A stretch of DNA of 64,000 bases from assembly GCA_902575375.1 (NCBI GenBank), contig CACGRD010000002.1, positions 49,521 to 113,520 on the forward strand. Reading direction: 5' to 3'. Positions 32,217-41,776 of the stretch are shown piece by piece. The position numbers and the translations under genes were made by a program. The DNA is from an uncultured Alphaproteobacteria bacterium. Lineage in GTDB: Bacteria > Pseudomonadota > Alphaproteobacteria > HIMB59 > GCA-002718135. The number at the start of each line of letters is the position of its first letter. The first letter of the stretch is position 1. Under the pieces are notes generated by a model that had not been told where the DNA came from, searched no databases, and was given only the letters and a program-made list of their open reading frames with translations.

Positions 32217-32528
32217 ATGAACAAATCATTAGTTTTAAAAAATAAATTTTATTTTTATTTGTCTTTTTTGTTTACTTTTTTTCTATTTGTTTATCTTCTT
32301 TATTTTCTTGTAAATGGTGAGAGGGGATTACTGAAATATTTCAGTCTTAAAAATCTTAATAATCAATATAATGAACAATATCTTTCCTTAAAAATGGAAA
32401 ATGAATTTTATCTAGATAGAATTAAAAGATTACAACCAAATACTATAGATTTGGACTATTTAGATGAGACATTTAGGAAAGTTACAGGATTTACTTCAGA
32501 AAACGAAACAGTTATAATTATAGAATAA
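32217..32528 (+). CDS. ftsB: Septum formation initiator FtsB/DivIC family protein
   Basis: 103 aa with a single N-terminal TM and a coiled coil (GERGLLKYFSLKNLNNQYNEQ...). eno-ftsB-pdhA synteny. Confidence 0.75.
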   Translation: MNKSLVLKNKFYFYLSFLFTFFLFVYLLYFLVNGERGLLKYFSLKNLNNQYNEQYLSLKMENEFYLDRIKRLQPNTIDLDYLDETFRKVTGFTSENETVIIIE

Positions 32529-32538
32529 ACTGATTTAT

Positions 32539-32565
32539 TTGACAAAAAATCACCCTAATTATAAT
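32539..32565 (+). promoter_or_regulatory. Candidate sigma-70-type promoter for the pdhABC-lipA block
   Basis: Perfect TTGACA (32539-32544) and perfect TATAAT (32560-32565), but a short 15-nt spacer. The pdhA ATG is at 32579, implying a leader of only a few nt. Confidence 0.35.
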
Positions 32566-32578
32566 TAAAGATTATCAT

Positions 32579-33541
32579 ATGAAGAAACTTCAAAAAGTGG
32601 ATTACATTAAAATGTATTCTTTTATGCTCAAAATAAGAAGATTTGAGGAAAGAGCAGCTCAACTTTACGGAATGGGTAAAATAGGTGGTTTTTGCCATTT
32701 GTATATTGGCCAAGAAGCAGTTGTTGTTGGTATATTAATGACAATAGATAAGAATGACTCAGTTGTAACAACTTACAGAGATCATGGCCATATGATCGCT
32801 AGAGGACTAGATCCAAAACGTATAATGGCAGAGTTGACTGGTAGAGAAGATGGCTATTCGGCTGGTAAGGGCGGTTCAATGCATATGTTTTCAAAAGAAA
32901 ATAATTTTTACGGTGGGCATGGTATTGTAGGAGCTCAAGTACCAATTGGAACGGGTATAGCATTCACGCATAAATATAATGGAGAAAAAAATATATGCAG
33001 AACATATATTGGTGATGGAGCGATGAACAATGGACAAGTTTTTGAAGCTTTTAATCTAGCTGCTTTATGGAAGCTTCCTGTTTTATACATTATTGAAAAC
33101 AACAAATATGGAATGGGCACATCTGTTGATAGAGCGGCGGCTGGATTAGACTTATATAAGAGAGGAGAGGCATTTGGTATTCCTGGTGAGAAGGTAGATG
33201 GGATGAATGTGTTCTCTGTTATAGAAGCAGCAGATAAAGCAGGTAAGTATGTCAGAGAAGGGAATGGGCCTTATATTATTGAAGTACAAACATATCGATA
33301 TAGAGGACATTCAATGTCAGATCCTGCAAAATATAGAACAAAAGAAGAATTAGATAATTATAAGCAAACCGATCCTATTGAAACAGTCAAAGCTGAAATT
33401 TTAAAGAAAAAAATTGCAACTAATGATGAAATTGAAAAAATTAATAAAGATATTTTAGAAGAAATTAAAAATGCAGCTGAATTTGCAACCAATAGTCCTT
33501 TTCCAAAGGACAGCGAACTTTATACTGATGTTTATCTATAA
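32579..33541 (+). CDS. pdhA: Pyruvate dehydrogenase E1 component, alpha subunit
   Basis: GFCHLYIGQEAV...YRDHGH...GDGAMNNGQVFEAFN...YRYRGHSMSDP ThDP-binding motifs. Confidence 0.95.
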   Translation: MKKLQKVDYIKMYSFMLKIRRFEERAAQLYGMGKIGGFCHLYIGQEAVVVGILMTIDKNDSVVTTYRDHGHMIARGLDPKRIMAELTGREDGYSAGKGGSMHMFSKENNFYGGHGIVGAQVPIGTGIAFTHKYNGEKNICRTYIGDGAMNNGQVFEAFNLAALWKLPVLYIIENNKYGMGTSVDRAAAGLDLYKRGEAFGIPGEKVDGMNVFSVIEAADKAGKYVREGNGPYIIEVQTYRYRGHSMSDPAKYRTKEELDNYKQTDPIETVKAEILKKKIATNDEIEKINKDILEEIKNAAEFATNSPFPKDSELYTDVYL

Positions 33542-33544
33542 ATT

Positions 33545-33712
33545 ATGAGCACAGAAATTTTAATGCCCGCATTATCTCCAACAATGACAGAAGGAAATCT
33601 GTCTAAGTGGTTAATTAAAAAAGGGGATACTGTTAAAGCTGGTGATTTGATTGCTGAAATTGAAACTGACAAAGCAACAATGGAAGTAGAAGCGGTAGAT
33701 GAAGGTGTTGTT
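33545..33712 (+). repeat. Lipoyl-domain coding repeat, copy 1 (pdhB 5' end)
   Basis: Paralogous to 34926-35093. For example, gctgaaattgaaactgacaaagcaacaatggaagtagaagcggtagatgaagg versus gctgaaattgaaacagataaagcaacaatggaagttgaggcagttgatgaggg. Confidence 0.85.
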
Positions 33713-34924
33713 CTTGATCTTTTATTTAAAGAAGGAGAAGCCAATATTCCAGTAAATAAAGCTATAGCGATTATTGGCGATCCAAATGAAAAAGTTGAAG
33801 TAAAAAAAGAAGCTCCCGTAGAAAAAGTGATTGAAGAAAAGAAAATTGAAAAAAATATTGAGACAAAAATTGAGAATAAGAAAGATGATATAATCGATAC
33901 ACCATCACCTAAAATAGAAGAAGATAGAAATTTAAGTTCGGAAGAAATTACTATGCGCCAAGCACTAAGAGACACAATGGCCGAAGAAATGAGAAAGGAT
34001 AATAAAGTTTTCATACTTGGAGAGGAAGTTGCCGAGTATCAAGGTGCATATAAAGTAACGCAAGGTCTTCTAGAAGAATTTGGTAAAGAAAGAGTATTAG
34101 ATACTCCTATTTCAGAACATGGATTTACTGGATTAGCAGTTGGAGCAGCATTTAAGGGATTGAGACCAATTTTAGAATTCATGACTTTTAATTTTTCTAT
34201 GCAAGCAATTGATCAAATTATAAATTCAGCTGCAAAAACACTTTACATGTCTGGAGGACAAATTAATTGCCCTATTGTTTTCAGAGGACCTAATGGTGCT
34301 GCGGCCCAAGTTGCTGCACAACATAGTCAGGATTTTTCTTCCTGGTATTCTCAAGTGCCAGGTTTAAAAGTTATTGCGCCATCTACTCCTTATAACGCAA
34401 AAGGTTTGTTAAGATCTGCAATATCAGATCCAAATCCCGTAATTTTTCTAGAAAATGAAATTCTTTATGGATTAAAAGGTCCTGTTAATAATGACATTAA
34501 CTTCTCAATACCAATTGGAAAAGCAAATATAGAAAAAGAAGGAAAAGATCTAACGATTGTTACTTATTCTATAATGTTGCAGAAATCAAAAGAAGCGGCA
34601 TTAAGATTAAAAGAGGAATACAATTTAGATGCAGAAATTATTGATTTACAAACTTTACGACCTTTGGATACGGAAACAATTTTAAATTCAGTTAAAAAAA
34701 CTAATAGACTAATTACTGTCGAAGAGTCCTGGCCATTTGGTAGTGTTGGTTCTGAAATTGCAAATATTGTTCAAAGGGATGCATTTGATTATTTAGATTC
34801 ACCAGTGATAAAAGTTAATAGTGCGGATGTTCCAATGCCATACGCATTGAGCTTAGAAAAATTATATCTTCCTCAAGTTGATGATATTATAAATGCTGCA
34901 AAAAAAGTAAGTTATATAAAATAA
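33545..34924 (+). CDS. pdhB: Pyruvate dehydrogenase E1 component, beta subunit, with an N-terminal lipoyl domain
   Basis: Residues 1-80 form a lipoyl domain ([14 protein letters not shown]...[14 protein letters not shown]). A K/E-rich linker follows, then the transketolase-like E1-beta core ([11 protein letters not shown]...). Confidence 0.95.
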   Translation: MSTEILMPALSPTMTEGNLSKWLIKKGDTVKAGDLIAEIETDKATMEVEAVDEGVVLDLLFKEGEANIPVNKAIAIIGDPNEKVEVKKEAPVEKVIEEKKIEKNIETKIENKKDDIIDTPSPKIEEDRNLSSEEITMRQALRDTMAEEMRKDNKVFILGEEVAEYQGAYKVTQGLLEEFGKERVLDTPISEHGFTGLAVGAAFKGLRPILEFMTFNFSMQAIDQIINSAAKTLYMSGGQINCPIVFRGPNGAAAQVAAQHSQDFSSWYSQVPGLKVIAPSTPYNAKGLLRSAISDPNPVIFLENEILYGLKGPVNNDINFSIPIGKANIEKEGKDLTIVTYSIMLQKSKEAALRLKEEYNLDAEIIDLQTLRPLDTETILNSVKKTNRLITVEESWPFGSVGSEIANIVQRDAFDYLDSPVIKVNSADVPMPYALSLEKLYLPQVDDIINAAKKVSYIK

Positions 34925-34925
34925 A

Positions 34926-35093
34926 ATGGCCATTAAAGTTTTAATGCCTGCATTATCACCCACAATGTCAGAGGGTGTAATTAATAAGTGGTTAGTTAAT
35001 GTTGGTGATACTGTTTCAGCTGGAGATATATTAGCTGAAATTGAAACAGATAAAGCAACAATGGAAGTTGAGGCAGTTGATGAGGGAGAAATT
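34926..35093 (+). repeat. Lipoyl-domain coding repeat, copy 2 (pdhC 5' end)
   Basis: See copy 1. Protein level: [51 protein letters not shown] versus [51 protein letters not shown]. Confidence 0.85.
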
Positions 35094-36155
35094 ACACATT
35101 TAATTGATACAACACCAGATAAACAAATTGCTGTTAATTCTGTCATTGCTCTAATCAATGGTAGCAAAGATGAAAGATTAGAAGATTATAATGATAAAGA
35201 TCAAACTGTAAGCAGTGAAGAAAAAAATGAAGTTTCAGAAACACCTAAAGTAAATACTGAAGTAGATAACACTCAAACAATAGAAAGAAGTAAAGATTCA
35301 AACACTAAACAAAATACTAATTTTGCCTCACCGTTTGTTAAAAAATTTTCGAAAGATAACAATATTGATCTAACTCTTATTAAAGGATCTGGACCTGATG
35401 GCAGGATAATAAAAAAAGATATTCAAAATTTTGAACTTCATATCAATGATGAAAACATTTCTGTAATTGAACCGTCTAGTATTAGAAAAATAATTGCTGA
35501 AAGAACAACACAAACAAAAAATGAGGTTCCACATTTTTATCTTACTATTGAAACAAGAATGGATAAGCTAATAATTTTAAGAAAAAAAATAAATTCAAAT
35601 AGTAATGTCAAAATATCGTTTAATGACCTTATTGTTAAAGCATGTGCAATGGCAATAGCGAAAAATCCAGAAACAAATATTTCTTGGGCGAATGGTAAAA
35701 TTCATCAATATAAAAATATCGATATTGCTATAGCGGTAGCGTTAAAAGAAGGATTGATTACACCTATTGTTAAAAAAGCCGATACAAAAGGATTAGCTGA
35801 AATTTCAACAGAAATTAAATCACTATTAAAAAAAGCTAATCAAAATAAATTATTACCAGAAGAATATAGTGGAGGATCTATAACTATCTCAAACTTAGGC
35901 ATGTTTGGAATCACAGAATTTCAAGCAATTATTAATCCACCACAATCAAGTATTATTGCAATTGGATCAATAACTGAAAAACCTGTTGTGAACTCTGGCA
36001 GTATTGAAATAGGGCATACAATGAAATCTACTATTTCAGCAGATCATAGATCACTAGATGGCGCCGTTGCGGCAAAATTACTCAAAGATTTTAGCGATAT
36101 TTTGGAAGACCCCTTCCAAATATGGTTGAATAGCATGGATATGGAAGTTATTTAA
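34926..36155 (+). CDS. pdhC: Dihydrolipoamide acetyltransferase (pyruvate dehydrogenase E2)
   Basis: Lipoyl domain, peripheral-subunit-binding domain ([33 protein letters not shown]) and catalytic domain with [10 protein letters not shown]. Confidence 0.95.
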   Translation: MAIKVLMPALSPTMSEGVINKWLVNVGDTVSAGDILAEIETDKATMEVEAVDEGEITHLIDTTPDKQIAVNSVIALINGSKDERLEDYNDKDQTVSSEEKNEVSETPKVNTEVDNTQTIERSKDSNTKQNTNFASPFVKKFSKDNNIDLTLIKGSGPDGRIIKKDIQNFELHINDENISVIEPSSIRKIIAERTTQTKNEVPHFYLTIETRMDKLIILRKKINSNSNVKISFNDLIVKACAMAIAKNPETNISWANGKIHQYKNIDIAIAVALKEGLITPIVKKADTKGLAEISTEIKSLLKKANQNKLLPEEYSGGSITISNLGMFGITEFQAIINPPQSSIIAIGSITEKPVVNSGSIEIGHTMKSTISADHRSLDGAVAAKLLKDFSDILEDPFQIWLNSMDMEVI

Positions 36156-36160
36156 CCTAC

Positions 36161-37096
36161 ATGAGTGGACCACGTCATCCTGAAAAAGTTAAAAACAAAT
36201 CAAATCCAATTCCTAAAAAACCAAGTTGGATTAGAGTAAAAGCACCAACTTCAAAATTTTTCAAAGAAACAAATAAACTCCTAAAAGATAAAAAAATTGT
36301 AACTGTATGCGAAGAAGCTGCATGTCCAAACATAGCTGAATGTTGGCAAAAAAAACATGCAACATTTATGATACTCGGAGATATATGTACTAGAGCTTGT
36401 GCATTTTGTAATATTAAAACTGGCAAACCTCATTATATAGATCACGGAGAAGCCATAAGAATTGCTGAGTCGGTTAAGCAATTGAATTTAGAACATGTTG
36501 TAATAACAAGTGTTGATAGAGACGACCTAATAGATGGTGGAGCACTACATTTTATCAACGTAATAGATTCAATTAAATCATTAAATCCAAGCTGCACAAT
36601 TGAAATTTTAACTCCTGACTTTAAAAATAAACCTGAAGCAATAGATATTTTATCAAAAAATTTACCTGACGTCTTCAATCATAACTTAGAAACAGTTCCA
36701 AGATTATATCCATCAATTCGTCCGGGTTCACGTTACTTCGTAAGTTTGAATTTACTTAGTCAAATTAAAGAAAAAAACCCAAGTATATTTACAAAATCAG
36801 GTCTAATGGTTGGTTTAGGTGAAACTAAAGAAGAAGTATATCAGGTAATGGATGATTTAAGAGCAGCTAATGTTGATTTTATTACAATAGGGCAATACTT
36901 ACCTCCAACACCGAAACACGCTAAGCTAGAAAAATTTATTACTCCTCAAGAATTTGATGAATATAAAAAAATGGCATACGCTAAAGGATTTCTAATGGTG
37001 GCATCATCACCGCTAACTCGTTCAAGCTATCATGCTTCTGATGATTTTAAAATCATGCAAGAAAATAGGAAAAATAAACTTTATTCAATTCAATGA
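36161..37096 (+). CDS. lipA: Lipoyl synthase
   Basis: [13 protein letters not shown] and the radical-SAM motif CTRACAFC. Confidence 0.96.
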   Translation: MSGPRHPEKVKNKSNPIPKKPSWIRVKAPTSKFFKETNKLLKDKKIVTVCEEAACPNIAECWQKKHATFMILGDICTRACAFCNIKTGKPHYIDHGEAIRIAESVKQLNLEHVVITSVDRDDLIDGGALHFINVIDSIKSLNPSCTIEILTPDFKNKPEAIDILSKNLPDVFNHNLETVPRLYPSIRPGSRYFVSLNLLSQIKEKNPSIFTKSGLMVGLGETKEEVYQVMDDLRAANVDFITIGQYLPPTPKHAKLEKFITPQEFDEYKKMAYAKGFLMVASSPLTRSSYHASDDFKIMQENRKNKLYSIQ

Positions 37097-37530
37097 AATC
37101 TTCAAATAGAGAGGAAATAGTCGATCACGACGCAAAAGGACTTTTTGAAATTGTTTTAGATATTGAAAGTTATCCATATTTTATTCCTTGGTGTTCAGCA
37201 ATGAGAATTCATTCAAAAAATAAAAATGAAATATATGCTGATATGGTCGTATGGTATAAATATTTTATGCCCCAAACTTTTGGTTCTCATGTCACTTTTG
37301 ATAAAAAAAAACTTTCAATAAGTACAACTTATATTGAAGGACCTTTAAAAGACCTTAAAACTAATTGGATTTTTGAATCATTAAAAAAAAATCAAACAAG
37401 AATTCATTTTAATGTTGAATTTGAATTTAAACGATTTTTTCACCAAAAAATTGCTGAAGCTTTTTTTCCTTTAATTGAAAACAAAATGATTGAATCATTT
37501 AAAGTTCGTGCTGATGAAATTTTAGATTAA
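37093..37530 (+). CDS. SRPBCC/START-fold protein (RatA / COQ10 / polyketide-cyclase family)
   Basis: 145 aa with [14 protein letters not shown]...NWIFE... typical of the RatA/COQ10 family. Its position downstream of lipA is conserved in alphaproteobacteria. Confidence 0.75.
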   Translation: MKSSNREEIVDHDAKGLFEIVLDIESYPYFIPWCSAMRIHSKNKNEIYADMVVWYKYFMPQTFGSHVTFDKKKLSISTTYIEGPLKDLKTNWIFESLKKNQTRIHFNVEFEFKRFFHQKIAEAFFPLIENKMIESFKVRADEILD

Positions 37531-37986
37531 TTGATTAATTTTGCTAAATATAAAATCTCTAGTTTTTCTCTGTATGTCCAATCGTTTCCCTTTGTATATT
37601 TTCTTGAAAATATAATTACTTTTATTAACTTTAATTCCAATATACACTAATCCTACTGGCTTTAACTTTGTCCCACCATTCGGACCTGCTATACCAGTTG
37701 TAGAAATGCAAATTTTTGTTTTTTCATTTTTATACAGACCATTTATCATGTCCTCAGCTACTTCTTTACTTACAGCTCCAAATTTAGAGAGATTTCTTTT
37801 TGAAACAGATAAATATTTAGATTTAGCTTCATTTGAATAACTAATAATCCCGTAAGAGAAAATTTTTGAAACTCCACTATATTTTGTTATAGTGTTTGCT
37901 ATTAACCCACCTGTGCATGACTCAGCAACTGAAATTGAGATATTTTTTTTTATTAATTTATCTACAACTTTTTTAAAAATAGGCAT
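37522..37986 (-). CDS. pncC: CinA C-terminal domain protein (nicotinamide-nucleotide amidohydrolase PncC-like)
   Basis: 154 aa with ISVAESCTGGLIANTIT...STTGIAGPNGGT motifs. Confidence 0.8.
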   Translation of the reverse strand: MPIFKKVVDKLIKKNISISVAESCTGGLIANTITKYSGVSKIFSYGIISYSNEAKSKYLSVSKRNLSKFGAVSKEVAEDMINGLYKNEKTKICISTTGIAGPNGGTKLKPVGLVYIGIKVNKSNYIFKKIYKGKRLDIQRKTRDFIFSKINQLI

Positions 37987-38449
37987 TTACAATATAAAGA
38001 ATTATTATTGTATATATTCCTGCTATTAAATCATCAAGAATTACACCAAAAGCTGACTTAAGTTTCCTATCCACTATGTTGGCTGGAAAAATTTTCAATA
38101 TATCAAAAAAACGAAATAAAATAAAAATCAGCGCTATTGTTACATAAGGATTTATTATTTTAATTTGATCATAAAATATTAAAATTAAGTATACTCCTAA
38201 GAATTCATCAATAACTATTATTTTTGAGTCATGAGATTGGTTGTGTGAAGAGAATGTATTAATAAAAAATAAAGATAGTAAAAAGATTATAAAAAAAATA
38301 ACTACAAATATTTCTAAAGAAATAATTTTGTATTCAACAATAGGAAATAAAATAACTATTGATAAAAAAGATGCAAAGGTTCCTGATGGTATTAATTTAA
38401 TATATCCAGCAAAAGATAAAGATACAAAAAAATTAGCTAATTTTATCAT
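37973..38449 (-). CDS. pgpA: Phosphatidylglycerophosphatase A
   Basis: 158 aa membrane protein with GSGTFASF-like (PSGTFASFLS), DEFLGV and FRFFDILKIFP motifs. Confidence 0.8.
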   Translation of the reverse strand: MIKLANFFVSLSFAGYIKLIPSGTFASFLSIVILFPIVEYKIISLEIFVVIFFIIFLLSLFFINTFSSHNQSHDSKIIVIDEFLGVYLILIFYDQIKIINPYVTIALIFILFRFFDILKIFPANIVDRKLKSAFGVILDDLIAGIYTIIILYIVNAYF

Positions 38450-39572
38450 CTGTTATATGAACTATTGACTCGGCTGCAATTCCTTCGCCATTACCAATAA
38501 AACCAATTTTTTCATTTGTAGTTGCTTTAATAGATACAGAGGTATTTTTAATTTGAAGTAATGTTGAAATGTTCTTTATCATTTTTGAAACATATTTATT
38601 AATTTTAGGTTTTTCAGCTATTATATTTATATCTAGATTGATTACAGAATAACCTTTTTCTTTAAGTTTATTTCTGCAATAAATAATGAACTTAGATGAA
38701 TCTGCATTTTTCCATTTTTTATCTGTGTTTGGAAAGTGATAACCTATGTCTCTCATAGAGAGCGCTCCAAAAATACTATCACAAATTGCATGCAGTACAA
38801 CGTCCGCATCAGAATGACCAATTAAATTAGAGAAAGGAATTTTAACACCCCCTAATTTTAATCCATTTTTGGTTTTTTTATCAATTTGATGAATATCATA
38901 ACCAATACCGTATTTTGTTATGGGCTTTCTGTATAAATTGAATAACTGAATATCTTCTGGGTAAGTAATTTTAATATTATTTTTTTCACCTTTGATCAAA
39001 TTTATTTTTATTTTTGATTTTTGTAATAGCCCTGCATCATCATTAAATTCAAAATTTTTATATTTAATATGTTCTTTTAATATTAAATTATAATTAAAAC
39101 CCTGGGGTGTTTGTACATTAATTGCTTTTGTTTCCAATCTACTTTTCTTTATTAGTTGTCTATCATTATATTCAACATATGGAATTGCATTAGTATTTTT
39201 GCCTAATTTGGATATAATTCTTTTAATTAATTTATTACTACATAAAGGACGCGCAGCATCATGTATTAATACATTTTTAATTTTAAATTTTTTTAAATTA
39301 TTTAAAGCATTAAAAGATGAAATTTGTCTTGTAAGCCCAGGTTTCGAATAGGTAATTTTTATTTTCTCAGAAACATACTTATGATTAAAGTAAGTGTTTT
39401 GATATTTTTTATCTATTGAAATATTAATAATATCGAAGTTTGATAAATCTAAATTTGAAATAAAATAATTTAAAAAATTTGTATTCCCAATTTTTAAGAA
39501 TTGTTTTGGAATTTTTTGACCAAATCTCTTTCCTTTTCCACCAGCTAGAATTACAAGTGCATTTTTCATCAT
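38433..39572 (-). CDS. ispDF: Bifunctional 2-C-methyl-D-erythritol 4-phosphate cytidylyltransferase / MEcPP synthase
   Basis: N-terminal IspD (LAGGKGKRFG...IHDAARP) fused to C-terminal IspF (IGYDIHQ...GHSDADVVLHAICDS...). Confidence 0.93.
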   Translation of the reverse strand: MMKNALVILAGGKGKRFGQKIPKQFLKIGNTNFLNYFISNLDLSNFDIINISIDKKYQNTYFNHKYVSEKIKITYSKPGLTRQISSFNALNNLKKFKIKNVLIHDAARPLCSNKLIKRIISKLGKNTNAIPYVEYNDRQLIKKSRLETKAINVQTPQGFNYNLILKEHIKYKNFEFNDDAGLLQKSKIKINLIKGEKNNIKITYPEDIQLFNLYRKPITKYGIGYDIHQIDKKTKNGLKLGGVKIPFSNLIGHSDADVVLHAICDSIFGALSMRDIGYHFPNTDKKWKNADSSKFIIYCRNKLKEKGYSVINLDINIIAEKPKINKYVSKMIKNISTLLQIKNTSVSIKATTNEKIGFIGNGEGIAAESIVHITDDKIS

Positions 39573-39631
39573 TTTAATTTATATACTATATTGTTTTACT
39601 ATCATTATTTAAAAACTAACTAAAGTATACA

Positions 39632-41776
39632 GTGTTTAATCTATCAAAATTACTTAAATCTATTCATCTTTCAAGATTATCTTTTTATTTTTTAATCTTT
39701 TTAATCATATTGAGTTTTTCAATCACATTCTACTTAATGCTTCCAAATAACGATCTAGTAAAAGATCCAAGAAGACTACAATTTTTTTTATTAGCGGATG
39801 TAATTTTTGTCATTTTATTGATATCCATAATTATTAGACAAATTGTACTGATTTTAGTGAGAAGAAGAAAAAGTTATGATGAATCTCGATTATATATAAA
39901 ATTTGTAAATTTATTTGCTGCAATGGCTTTAGGACCAGCCATTGGTTTAGTTATTATAACATCATTATTCTTTAATTTAGAATTAAGAACTTGGTATGGT
40001 GATGCTGTAAGGGATGCGGTTGTAAATTCTAATATTGTAGCAAGAAATTATGAAAATGAAATACAGGCAGAAATTGTGTCTGATACTCAATTAATAATGA
40101 GAGAAATATTAAAAGTTTCTCAAAATAATGAGGTTAATATTCAATCAATTAGAACAGCTTTAAGTGAATTTATTAACTTAAGAACAATTTCAAGTATTTA
40201 TATTTTTAACACGGAAGGCAACATATATTTAAGTTTAAAAGATCCTGATAATAAAAATTTTTCGGTGCCATCAAATGAAATATTTAAGATTGTTAATCAA
40301 AATCGTGTTTATATTTTTCAATTAAATAAAAATTCTATTACAGCTTATAAAAAAATAAATTTTTTAAATGATGTTTACATGCAGGTTAATAGAAATCTAA
40401 ATACCAATATCTGGGATCATATTAGCGCTACAAAAGAGGCATTTGAAATTTATACCATGAAAGAAGAGGAAAGTTCAGGAATTCAAATAACTTATTCAAT
40501 GATATTTGTTCTTTTTTCCATTTGTTTTATATTAGTGGCTATTTTGATTGGATTTAATTTAGCTAGCAATCTTAGTAAACCAATTACAAATTTAATCAAA
40601 TCAGCGAATAAAATATCAGAAGGGAATTTTGATGCTAAAGTTAGTGAGGCAGATCAATTTCAAGAGATAAAAGTATTACTATCGTCTTATAATAAAATGA
40701 TTTCTGAAATTGAGAACAAGCAAAATGAGTTAATATCAAAAAGTCAAGAAGATGAAGAAAAAAGAATTTTTATTGAGGCGATCTTAAGTCTTTTAACAAT
40801 AGGTGTAATTTCTTTAGATAAAAATTTTAATATTTTGTTATATAATAAAACTTTAACAAAACTATTTAGAAGCACTAAAAGTTTTAAAATAAATGAAAAT
40901 TTTCTATCCTATTTCCCTGAATGGAAAAAAATATTCGAGAACTTTGAAACCTCAAATAAAGTATTATTAAATTTTCAATACGATTTTACATTATATGATG
41001 ATCAGAGGAATTTTAATATTAGGGTTATTAAAGAGATTAATGATAATAAAATTGAGGGATATGTTGTTGCCCTAGATGATGCTACATCTTTAATTTTAGC
41101 AGAAAAACATGCTGCTTGGTCTGATATAGCAAGAAAGATAGCACATGAAGTTAAAAATCCTCTTACCCCCATTAAACTTTCTGCTGAAAGAATAGAAAAG
41201 AAATTTTTAGATGCAAAAACAGATAAGGAAGATATTTCACTTTTAACTAAAACAATATCAAGGCAAGTAGATGATATTGGAAAGTTAGTTGATGAATTTT
41301 CATCTTTTGCGAGAATGCCTGAAGCAGAAATTAAGCTTGATAACCTATCAAAATGTTTAGAAGAGGCATACCTTTTATATTTCAATACAAGGAAGGATAT
41401 AAAGCTTAATTTAATTAAACCTGAAAATGATATTTATTTTCATTTTGACACTCTTCAAATCTCAAGATGTTTCAGTAACTTAATTAAAAATGCTATTGAA
41501 GCTGTAGAAAAAATACCTAACCCTGCAGTAGAAGTATTAATGGCTTCTGATGCTAAAAATATAAAAATTGAAATAAAGGATAATGGCGTGGGAATTGATG
41601 AAAAAATGTTGAGTAAAATTTTTGAGCCTTATTTTACTACTAAAACAAAAGGAACGGGTCTTGGTCTATCTATTGTAAAAAGAATTATTGAAGATCATGG
41701 TGGTAAAATTAAAATTGAGAAAAATAAAAATATGGCAGGAACAACATCACTAATTAATTTTGAATACAATGCATAA
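39632..41776 (+). CDS. ntrY: Sensor histidine kinase NtrY
   Basis: 714 aa with N-terminal TM segments, HAMP, PAS-like region, H-box ARKIAHEVKNPLTPI and HATPase (DNGVGID...GTGLGLSIVKRIIEDHGG). GTG start. Followed by ntrX. Confidence 0.88.
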   Translation: MFNLSKLLKSIHLSRLSFYFLIFLIILSFSITFYLMLPNNDLVKDPRRLQFFLLADVIFVILLISIIIRQIVLILVRRRKSYDESRLYIKFVNLFAAMALGPAIGLVIITSLFFNLELRTWYGDAVRDAVVNSNIVARNYENEIQAEIVSDTQLIMREILKVSQNNEVNIQSIRTALSEFINLRTISSIYIFNTEGNIYLSLKDPDNKNFSVPSNEIFKIVNQNRVYIFQLNKNSITAYKKINFLNDVYMQVNRNLNTNIWDHISATKEAFEIYTMKEEESSGIQITYSMIFVLFSICFILVAILIGFNLASNLSKPITNLIKSANKISEGNFDAKVSEADQFQEIKVLLSSYNKMISEIENKQNELISKSQEDEEKRIFIEAILSLLTIGVISLDKNFNILLYNKTLTKLFRSTKSFKINENFLSYFPEWKKIFENFETSNKVLLNFQYDFTLYDDQRNFNIRVIKEINDNKIEGYVVALDDATSLILAEKHAAWSDIARKIAHEVKNPLTPIKLSAERIEKKFLDAKTDKEDISLLTKTISRQVDDIGKLVDEFSSFARMPEAEIKLDNLSKCLEEAYLLYFNTRKDIKLNLIKPENDIYFHFDTLQISRCFSNLIKNAIEAVEKIPNPAVEVLMASDAKNIKIEIKDNGVGIDEKMLSKIFEPYFTTKTKGTGLGLSIVKRIIEDHGGKIKIEKNKNMAGTTSLINFEYNA

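Noticed and set aside
33820-33910. A quasi-tandem AAAATTGA(R)AA nucleotide periodicity (protein [13 protein letters not shown]).
   Set aside because: This is the low-complexity K/E-rich inter-domain linker between the lipoyl domain and the E1-beta core. It is not a DNA-level repeat element.
33532-34014. A 160-aa antisense ORF across the pdhB 5' region and a 101-aa antisense ORF at 34862-35167. Both share the peptide [16 protein letters not shown], which at first looks like a conserved repeated gene.
   Set aside because: The shared peptide is simply the reverse-strand reading of the duplicated lipoyl-domain sequence ([17 protein letters not shown]). The rest is F/S/I-rich, read opposite a K/E-rich linker. 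The sense-strand products are unambiguous PDH subunits.
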